This document shows, piece after piece, positions 28,052 through 35,445 of a stretch of 64,000 bases of DNA (its first letter is position 1; every line of letters begins with the position of its first letter). The position numbers were made by a program, and so were the translations under genes. The notes beneath the pieces are model-generated. The model did no database searches and was not told where the DNA came from. It worked only from the letters and a program-made list of their open reading frames with translations. This DNA comes from Candidatus Colwellbacteria bacterium (GTDB lineage Bacteria > Patescibacteriota > Minisyncoccia > UBA6257 > Colwellbacteraceae), in the NCBI GenBank assembly GCA_028710275.1, contig JAQTUL010000007.1:952-64951 (forward strand), written 5' to 3'.

Positions 28052-29266
28052 ATGGAGAACAATATCAAAAAGATAGAGGAAATATGTAAGGACAAGAAGA
28101 TAGAACGCAACACCGGCAGTGAAGGCGCTAACAAGGTTATCTATCTCAATCTTGGGGCCCAATGCAATCAGAACTGTAATTTTTGTCTTATAAAAGGGAG
28201 TGAGGGTAATTTTCCATTCATGCCTCTCGTTGAAGCAAAAAGGATAATAAAGGATTTTGCCGAGAGTGGCGGAGAGATGCTTATGATAACAGGAGGCGAG
28301 CCGACTCTCTATCCCGAACTGGATGAGGTTATAGCCTTTGCGGATCTTTTTCCGGGAATAAAACAGGTTTCCATATTAACGAACGCGACCGCCTTTGCCG
28401 ATGGGCTATACACTGAGAAGATAATAGGACGAGATAAATCTAATAAGCTTGGATTTTCGGTCTCCTTTCATTCTCATATCGCAGAAGTCTCGGATAAGAT
28501 AACTCAGGGAATGCCGGGGGATTACGGAAGGACGGTCTCCGGCCTTGCTAATATATCCAAATGGAACAGACAAATATCCGTCTATCACGCGATAGTCTCA
28601 GATAATTTCAATCTCCTTCCTGATTTCGTCGAATGGATAAATGTTAATTTTCCGAACATAAATTCGGTTGTGATGGCTTATCCTTTTCCTCAAGGGAACG
28701 CTGATAAGAATTCCTGGATATACGTTAAATTTACGGAGCTTAAACCTTATTTACTGAAAGCGCTGCATTTTCTTAGAGAAAAAAATATCAGTTCTAATAT
28801 AGCGACCTGCGGACAATTTCCATTATGTATCATACCCGAGTTTGAGGAAAAGGTGCTGAACATGCTGATATTTTTCAGAAAGAATGTCGCGGGTACTGTC
28901 GGTAAAGACGTTTTTCATGAGACGGAATGGTCATCGGAGAAATGGATAAATAACTATAAGAATAAATCTCCTCAGTGTGACCAATGTATCCTTAATGAAG
29001 TTTGTCAGGGCTTTTGGAAAAAATACACGGACATATTTGGTTTTGACGGGGTATCTCCGGTTACCAGGAAGACTTTTGAGGGAAATATCGTCAAGATTGA
29101 TCTCAATACCGAAAATGTCTTTGATCGCGTGATGGCGAGGATATTATGGGAGAGGTTAAACCTTATAATAGCGAAAGGGGACGATGTGATGATATCTAGG
29201 CTGAAGGATGCTCTTGCGGACAATGGAGTTCCGGCAGTTGTGATAAGGGATGACGAAGAGGTCTAA
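28052..29266 (+). CDS. radical SAM enzyme, array paralog 6 (longer, 404 aa, with N- and C-terminal extensions)
   Basis: CNQNCNFC, ITGGEPT, C-terminal CDQCILNEVCQGFW. Confidence 0.75.
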   Translation: MENNIKKIEEICKDKKIERNTGSEGANKVIYLNLGAQCNQNCNFCLIKGSEGNFPFMPLVEAKRIIKDFAESGGEMLMITGGEPTLYPELDEVIAFADLFPGIKQVSILTNATAFADGLYTEKIIGRDKSNKLGFSVSFHSHIAEVSDKITQGMPGDYGRTVSGLANISKWNRQISVYHAIVSDNFNLLPDFVEWINVNFPNINSVVMAYPFPQGNADKNSWIYVKFTELKPYLLKALHFLREKNISSNIATCGQFPLCIIPEFEEKVLNMLIFFRKNVAGTVGKDVFHETEWSSEKWINNYKNKSPQCDQCILNEVCQGFWKKYTDIFGFDGVSPVTRKTFEGNIVKIDLNTENVFDRVMARILWERLNLIIAKGDDVMISRLKDALADNGVPAVVIRDDEEV

Positions 29267-29292
29267 AAAGGACTTGGGAAAAGATACATAAA

Positions 29293-30267
29293 ATGGATAT
29301 AACCGAGGCATACAAGAAGATACACGATATAACCGCGGCCATACCGATAAACGGGGAGGAAATATTAGGTGTTTACATAGGGATAAAGCCGGCGATGGCC
29401 GAGGCAAATACTGGGATATACAACGCTGATTTTCTAAGGAAGATGAGCGTAGTGAACTCTATATGCGGAGAGCTGGGTCTGAAGCTTGCTGTGTCGAAAT
29501 ATAAGTACGTCATAAATAGCCCAAGAGGCATATTTAAGGAGGTATTAAGAGACGACCCGGCGCCCGGATGTTTAATAATAGGTATAGCGAGAGATATGGA
29601 GAAGGCAGTAAGCGGCGTTGCTCATTATCATCTCAAGATGCATCATAGCAAGTATGGAAGGAGCTTCGCTGAGCTTATGGGATATCCTTCCTGTTGTATA
29701 GATTTTGGCGACTATCTCGCCAACAATAAAGGTGATCCGGATAATTTCGGGTTCAAAAATCCGGCAATTGAGGTACTCAAGAGGTCGGATAAAGTTGCCT
29801 GGCAGTTAAACGTTTTTTCTACATCTTCAATGCTTTCGCATTTTCCTTGCAGTTATACCTGCAAGAAGAGTATTGATTATATGAACTCTCTATTAGGCGC
29901 TATAAAGGAGGCCGATCTAGAACATGGCAGGGTGGTGGAAGATAACCTAAAACAGGATATTTCAGTATATTGGAGCTGTGTAGATAAGGTGATGCTTCGC
30001 GGAGATTTTATAAAAAAGGACTCGCTTTTCAGGGAAGGGGAGGCTAGATACGAGAGTATAAAATGGCCGATAGGATCAGAAAACTTTTATCAGGAGGTGG
30101 ACAGCGAGTATCTAGACGGGATGAAGACTATATGGAGGTCGATGGGGGAAGGAGACTGTATAAAGATATCAAAGAACAGCGTTTCAGTATTCAAGGGTGA
30201 TGATGAGATAGGACTTTTCGAGAAAGATAGCCAGTATTCACCGGTAATAGTAAGAGCCGATGCCTGA
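29293..30267 (+). CDS. hypothetical Cys/His-containing protein embedded in the rSAM array (not a radical SAM)
   Basis: 324-aa ORF lacking CxxxCxxC; HYHLKMHH, PSCCIDFGDY, FPCSYTCKK; 8-nt overlap with the next rSAM. Confidence 0.5.
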   Translation: MDITEAYKKIHDITAAIPINGEEILGVYIGIKPAMAEANTGIYNADFLRKMSVVNSICGELGLKLAVSKYKYVINSPRGIFKEVLRDDPAPGCLIIGIARDMEKAVSGVAHYHLKMHHSKYGRSFAELMGYPSCCIDFGDYLANNKGDPDNFGFKNPAIEVLKRSDKVAWQLNVFSTSSMLSHFPCSYTCKKSIDYMNSLLGAIKEADLEHGRVVEDNLKQDISVYWSCVDKVMLRGDFIKKDSLFREGEARYESIKWPIGSENFYQEVDSEYLDGMKTIWRSMGEGDCIKISKNSVSVFKGDDEIGLFEKDSQYSPVIVRADA

Positions 30268-31114
30268 CGAAAAAGATTTCATAAGCCCATACGTATATGT
30301 AGGTTTTCATTGCAATAATAATTGCATTTTTTGCAGTGAGGCTGATGAATATCTAGACGGAAGATTAGAGAAGGACTTTGATGATATCAAACATGAGATA
30401 GACCTTGTGAGGACCGGATACGATTTTGTAAATCTGATGGGTCGTGAGCCCACTCTCAGAAAGGATATCCTTTCCGTGGTTTCTTATGCGAAGAGTGTCG
30501 GTTTTAGACAGGTTGGCCTTACGACGAATGCCAGGATGTTATCGTACGCTCCTTTTGCTGAGGCTATCATAGGGTCTGGATTAAACCAGATAGGAATATC
30601 TCTTCTCGGCGCGACGGCCAAAACCCATGACCTTCTTTCGGCTGCTGAAGGGAGTTATGCTCAGACGATTGAAGGCATAAAGAATGTGATGAGATTTAAG
30701 GGGCCGGACCTGAGTGTTCTCGTAAACATCCCCCTTAACAGAAAGAACGTGTCCGAGCTGGAGGATGAGATAGATCTTCTAATATCTCTAGGGGTGAAAG
30801 AGATAAACGTGTTGTGGGTAGCCCCTCTTAGCCGAAGATCCAGGGATAAGGAACTTATCGGAAGGATGAGTGAACTCGGAAACCATGCTGCCAGGATTAT
30901 AAAAAATCATTTAGGAGAGGCAAAGTTTCTGATGGTCGAGTTCCTTCCTTGTAGCCTAAAAAAAGAATATAGAGATATGTTCTTTCCGTGCCTTGAGAAA
31001 AATCCGTCAAAAATAAGAATAACTTTATGTGGCGGATGTCCCTACGTCGACAAATGCGACGGAGTCCTTTCAAGCTATATTGATATGTACGGCGATGAAG
31101 AGTTTGAAATATAG
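30260..31114 (+). CDS. radical SAM enzyme, array paralog 7
   Basis: CNNNCIFC, GREPT, TTNAR, GSYAQTIEGIKNV, C-terminal CGGCPYVDKCDGV. Confidence 0.8.
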   Translation: MPDEKDFISPYVYVGFHCNNNCIFCSEADEYLDGRLEKDFDDIKHEIDLVRTGYDFVNLMGREPTLRKDILSVVSYAKSVGFRQVGLTTNARMLSYAPFAEAIIGSGLNQIGISLLGATAKTHDLLSAAEGSYAQTIEGIKNVMRFKGPDLSVLVNIPLNRKNVSELEDEIDLLISLGVKEINVLWVAPLSRRSRDKELIGRMSELGNHAARIIKNHLGEAKFLMVEFLPCSLKKEYRDMFFPCLEKNPSKIRITLCGGCPYVDKCDGVLSSYIDMYGDEEFEI

Positions 31115-31214
31115 GACCAGGTCTTCTTTATTGTGGATAGTGTTGTTTCAAAACGCCTGGTGTTAACATATAATCAATACATAAACCAAAAGAAAGCCTT
31201 TAAATAAAATAAAA

Positions 31215-31754
31215 ATGAAAAAATCTTATTATCTCGTCATAGCTCTTTTTGTGGCCGTAGCAGTATTTGTTGGGGGGGTACTTGTATACATGAATAAGGG
31301 AGTTTCGGTACCTTCTGATACCGTGCAGGAAAACATACAGACCGGCGAAGCCCCGACTATTCCGCCTGTGGATGATAAAGGAAAGTCTCCTGAGTTTAAG
31401 ACTACCTATAAGGGAAGGGACATAACCGCCAATCCCGATTACCAGATTGGCATTCTTGATGGAAAACTAGCTAAGGACCCGGACGTTGTTAATAAGACAA
31501 TATCGATGGATGTGGACATAATGAAGATATTTCCTAATATGGACATTGAGCAGCTGAATACCATTATTTCCGTATCAGGCGCTAAGTTTTTCGTGAAAGT
31601 CGGAAATGCTGAGCCTACAGAAGCGAGCTTGTCCGATCTTAAAGAAGGGGATGTAGTGAACGTTGGACTTGTCGATGGCCAGACGAATAGAGACATCGTC
31701 AAAGAGGGAAGCAAACTCACCGCTCAGCAGGTCTATAAGTTTATAATTCAATAA
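31215..31754 (+). CDS. membrane-anchored (signal-anchor) hypothetical protein within the rSAM array
   Basis: N-terminal TM helix YYLVIALFVAVAVFVGGVLVYM followed by a soluble domain; terminator follows. Confidence 0.5.
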   Translation: MKKSYYLVIALFVAVAVFVGGVLVYMNKGVSVPSDTVQENIQTGEAPTIPPVDDKGKSPEFKTTYKGRDITANPDYQIGILDGKLAKDPDVVNKTISMDVDIMKIFPNMDIEQLNTIISVSGAKFFVKVGNAEPTEASLSDLKEGDVVNVGLVDGQTNRDIVKEGSKLTAQQVYKFIIQ

Positions 31755-31773
31755 TTACCTATGGTGATAAGAG

Positions 31774-31802
31774 CCGACTCGATTAACTCGAGTCGGTTTT
31801 TT
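31774..31802 (+). terminator. rho-independent terminator inside the rSAM array (CCGACTCGA-ttaac-TCGAGTCGG followed by T6)
   Basis: perfect 9-bp stem followed by TTTTTT; followed by a TATAAT-like box at 31825..31832. Confidence 0.7.
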
Positions 31803-31838
31803 GTCCTTTTCTGTATCTCTTGTATATAATTCCGACTA

Positions 31839-32816
31839 ATGCCCCCAGATATAATAAAGAAAACAGTCGTATTTGCCGGATACAGATGTAACAACAACTG
31901 CCGGTTTTGTATGGAAGCTGATAAGAGAGATTTGCCTGTGAGGGGTACTGCTGTAATCAAGGGCGAGCTTAAATCAGCTAGAGAAAGGGGGTCTGATTAT
32001 ATCGAGATTATCGGAGGGGAGGCCGCAATGAGGTCTGACATAACATCAATCATCTCCTATGCCAAGGATTTGGGCTTTTCGACCATTATGATGGCTACGA
32101 ACGGCAGAATGTTTTCCTATCCGGAACTTACAAAGCGGCTCATCGATGCTGGGCTTAATAGCCTTGTTTTCTCGATACATGGAGCCGATGCGGAGACTCA
32201 TGACTACCTCACTCGGTCGCCTGGCAGTTTCGATCAATTGATAGTCGGGATGGAGAATGTGAAAAATGCGGCTATTATCTCGGGAGCCAGAATATCGCTG
32301 GGGTCGAATACCTGCATAGTAAAGGATAATTACCGTCAGCTTCCGGCAATCAGTGAGCTTATAGCTTCTTCTGGCGTTGGGAATTCAGAGTTTATATTCG
32401 TAGACTGCAACGAGGGAGGGGCGAAGAACAGTTTTGATGAGCTCGTTCCGAAGATATCTGACGCAGCTCCTTATATGAGAGAGTGTCTTGATATCGGAAA
32501 CAGAAATAAGGCTGATCATTGGGATGTCAGATATGTGCCCTTATGCTATTTTCCGGATCATCTGAATAGGATAAGTGAATTACATGAGGCAAAGACCTTT
32601 CATACGGAACATATCGCCCAGGATTTCGTGAATACCGATGCGCAAAGCGGTCGCAAGAATGTAGGGAGGAGAAAATCAAGAAGGTGTTCCGAGTGTATTC
32701 TCGACCCATGGTGTGAGGGAATATGGAGAACATATATCTCACGCTATGGAGATGATGAGCTTATTCCCATTACTGAGCTGACAGTTGGTCAAAAAGAGAT
32801 GCTTGATGGGCTCTAA
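31839..32816 (+). CDS. radical SAM enzyme, array paralog 8
   Basis: CNNNCRFC, IGGEAA, ATNGRMFSY, SPGSFDQLIVGMENV, C-terminal CSECILDPWCEGIW. Confidence 0.8.
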   Translation: MPPDIIKKTVVFAGYRCNNNCRFCMEADKRDLPVRGTAVIKGELKSARERGSDYIEIIGGEAAMRSDITSIISYAKDLGFSTIMMATNGRMFSYPELTKRLIDAGLNSLVFSIHGADAETHDYLTRSPGSFDQLIVGMENVKNAAIISGARISLGSNTCIVKDNYRQLPAISELIASSGVGNSEFIFVDCNEGGAKNSFDELVPKISDAAPYMRECLDIGNRNKADHWDVRYVPLCYFPDHLNRISELHEAKTFHTEHIAQDFVNTDAQSGRKNVGRRKSRRCSECILDPWCEGIWRTYISRYGDDELIPITELTVGQKEMLDGL

Positions 32817-32858
32817 TTCCGATATTTCGGGCAAAATGGTATCATTTACGAAATAGTC

Positions 32859-33056
32859 ATGGAAAAAGAGTACATAATCACCTATAGGAGCGAAGAGCAT
32901 TTTGAAGTTGTTGGTTGGGTAAAGGCCGAGTCTATGGAAGAGGCCAAAGAGCTGGCCAGAAACGTGCTCGCCAAAGAAGCGTCTTTTTATGGCGTGACCG
33001 AGGCAGAGATAGCCGAATACGGAACGTCGGAGACGATGAGCTTCGAAGAGAAGTAA
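32859..33056 (+). CDS. small acidic protein (65 aa), candidate precursor peptide or partner protein, TAATG-coupled to the next rSAM
   Basis: ORF ends with TAA overlapping the ATG at 33056; highly acidic, no Cys. Confidence 0.4.
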   Translation: MEKEYIITYRSEEHFEVVGWVKAESMEEAKELARNVLAKEASFYGVTEAEIAEYGTSETMSFEEK

Positions 33057-33985
33057 TGGATGTCTGCGTCTGGAACAGGTGCAATAACAGGTGTGTTATG
33101 TGTACTAATCCCGAAGGTTTCGGGGACGTTTCTTTGAGTGGACCTTATTCTTATGAGGGGGTTCTTTCGAGGGTATTAAGGATAAAAGACATTCCCGATT
33201 CGGCTGCTGAGGCTATATGTCTTACCGGAGGTGAGCCGACCTCCCATCCTGAGTTTCTAAGATTGGTCTCAACAATCAAGAGGGAGCTTCCTAATAATCA
33301 GCTAATACTTGCCACGAATGGCAGAATGTTCGCATATGAGGAGTTTGCCAGAAAATATCTTGCAATCGGTAGCTCGAAGATAGAAATACCGATACATGGA
33401 TCAGAGGCCAGACTCCATGATGCCATAACGTGCGTGAAGGGAAGTTTTGAACAGACTATCCAGGGGATAGAAAACATATTGAAGTACATGTCATTTGAGC
33501 ATGAGCTCGAAATAAGACTTGTTCTTACAAAGATAAATTTACATGATACGCGGGCGATACTGGATCTTGTTAAAGAAAGTTTTCCAAGGATAACCAGAGT
33601 GGTAGTGATATTCCCTGAATTCGAGGGTATGTGCGCCAAGAATATGGAGGTGGTCGGGCTTAAATATTCGGATGTTAAGGAGGAGATGACGGGATTGATA
33701 TCCGAATGGAAAGAATCTTTCGATGGTTTAAGCCTATATCATTTCCCATTATGTTCCCTTCCGGTCGGCCTTTGGGGATATGCCTGGAGGACATTGAGAG
33801 GGAATGAGATAATGTTTCCTGAACAATGTAATGGGTGCCGTTTTAAAAAATATTGTCTGGGCGTACACGTAGATTATGCCAAACTTATAGGTACAGATGA
33901 GTTTATGCCTCCGACAGGGAATATAAAGATAAAAGAGAATAATGGTCCGGATAGGGAATATCACCCGATAATCGAAGCTATATAA
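33056..33985 (+). CDS. radical SAM enzyme, array paralog 9 (start set at Met48 of the longer track ORF)
   Basis: CNNRCVMC, LTGGEPT, ATNGRMFAY, GSFEQTIQGIENI, C-terminal CNGCRFKKYCLGVH; the upstream in-frame extension is Arg-rich junk overlapping the small ORF. Confidence 0.75.
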   Translation: MDVCVWNRCNNRCVMCTNPEGFGDVSLSGPYSYEGVLSRVLRIKDIPDSAAEAICLTGGEPTSHPEFLRLVSTIKRELPNNQLILATNGRMFAYEEFARKYLAIGSSKIEIPIHGSEARLHDAITCVKGSFEQTIQGIENILKYMSFEHELEIRLVLTKINLHDTRAILDLVKESFPRITRVVVIFPEFEGMCAKNMEVVGLKYSDVKEEMTGLISEWKESFDGLSLYHFPLCSLPVGLWGYAWRTLRGNEIMFPEQCNGCRFKKYCLGVHVDYAKLIGTDEFMPPTGNIKIKENNGPDREYHPIIEAI

Positions 33986-33996
33986 AATAATCAACA

Positions 33997-35148
33997 ATGG
34001 GAATAACGATATTTTTGGCAGCTCCCGCGCTCATATTAATAGGGGTGATATCCTCTTATACCGATCTTAAGTACGGTCGCATACCTAATTGGTTGATAAT
34101 ATTCGGTTTTGTGTATGCTATCTGCCTGTATTCTTTCCTATTCGGATACAATGCTTTCTTTCTTCATCAAGCGGTAAACGGGGCATATATTTTAAAGGCT
34201 TTACAGAACACAGCAATCGCCTTTGTCTCTGGGGTTATATTATGGAAAATGAGTTTCTGGTCAGCTGGCGATGCCAAGCTTTTTGCTGTCTATGCGGCTA
34301 TTCTTCCGCTAGAAGCCTATATGAATGGATACGTTGATCAGTTTCCCTCCTTTAATCTCCTGGTAAATCTTTTCTTTCCACTGGTACTAGTTCTTATAAT
34401 AAAGGCTATCTGGTTTGCTATTAAAACATGGTTTCCGTTAATCAAAAACGGTTCATGGAAAGAAGAGATAAAGATAAAAGACATACCGATGATGGCATTG
34501 AAGGGCGCATTAGCCCTTCTTAAGTTATTTGGTAACTTCTTCTTCATGTACCTTATCTTTATGACGGTTGGGCAGATAGTATCTTTCATCTCTCATGGGA
34601 CATTCAAGATAGATCCTTTCATAATGTATTTTGGAATATTAGCCATCATGGGAAGGTTCAATGCGATACAGAAAAAATATAAACTAGCAAAGTTCGGGGT
34701 ATATTCTATATCTGCCGGATATCTAACTTATCTCCTTATTCTCGCTCAATACGCGACTCTCAGAAAGATGATTGTGATGGCTCTAGTATTCATGGTCGCG
34801 ATAACAGTGACCAGGAAGATTCTTGATATATATATTCAAAAAGCCGAAATAAAAGAAGTTGTAGTCAAAAGCCTCGTCCGAGGGACAATGCTTCATTCAT
34901 CTGAGATGTCTGCCATAAAGAATGAGCTAGTGGAGAACGGAAGAGGGGAGGAATTCGGTTGGTTCGAGCCCGGCGGACTAAAAGAATCACAGGTTCTGAT
35001 AATAAAAGAGATCTTTTCTGATAGGGAAGAAACGATATTTAGGGCATATAGAACCTTTCCATTCGCTCCTTTCCTATCCCTTTCGGTAATTATAACCATG
35101 ATAACCGGGATATCGTTCATAAAATATTTTCAGGTATTCATGAAATAA
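33997..35148 (+). CDS. polytopic membrane protein with N-terminal A24 prepilin-peptidase-like (TadV/CpaA/FlaK-type) aspartic protease domain plus a long C-terminal extension
   Basis: first Asp motif YTDLKYGRIPNWL (D...RIPN) and second Asp motif SAGDAKLFA (GxGD-like) in TM helices; about 8 TM helices in total. Confidence 0.55.
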   Translation: MGITIFLAAPALILIGVISSYTDLKYGRIPNWLIIFGFVYAICLYSFLFGYNAFFLHQAVNGAYILKALQNTAIAFVSGVILWKMSFWSAGDAKLFAVYAAILPLEAYMNGYVDQFPSFNLLVNLFFPLVLVLIIKAIWFAIKTWFPLIKNGSWKEEIKIKDIPMMALKGALALLKLFGNFFFMYLIFMTVGQIVSFISHGTFKIDPFIMYFGILAIMGRFNAIQKKYKLAKFGVYSISAGYLTYLLILAQYATLRKMIVMALVFMVAITVTRKILDIYIQKAEIKEVVVKSLVRGTMLHSSEMSAIKNELVENGRGEEFGWFEPGGLKESQVLIIKEIFSDREETIFRAYRTFPFAPFLSLSVIITMITGISFIKYFQVFMK

Positions 35149-35209
35149 CATCGATTGGAGTAGTTATGTCCTTCTTGCGGTAATTAAATAGGGGTTCTAA
35201 TCTTACGAC

Positions 35210-35422
35210 ATGAAAAGGATTATCCTTAATAGACAAAGATGTATGGGGTGCGGCCTCTGCGCTAATTTATCTCCAGATATTTTCGGATTCGACGGAAAAG
35301 CGATTCTTATAGGAGGGAGGGAAATGACTAAGGATGTGTTTGAGGTCGAGACTGAAAATGTTATCGAGGCGGAAAAGACGGCAAATATCTGTCCGGTATC
35401 GGCTATAATCATCTCGGAGTAA
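35210..35422 (+). CDS. 4Fe-4S ferredoxin (small, single cluster)
   Basis: CMGCGLCANL (CxxCxxC) plus distal ICPVSAI (CP) motif; 70 aa. Confidence 0.75.
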   Translation: MKRIILNRQRCMGCGLCANLSPDIFGFDGKAILIGGREMTKDVFEVETENVIEAEKTANICPVSAIIISE

Positions 35423-35445
35423 AAAAATATCTCCGGATACTGAAA

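Noticed and set aside
32915-33055. Upstream 47-codon extension of the last rSAM paralog as given in the ORF track
   Set aside because: The extension is Arg/Gly-rich low-complexity read-through in a different frame from the 65-aa ORF. The conserved rSAM N-terminus begins at the ATG at 33056, which forms a TAATG junction with the small ORF.
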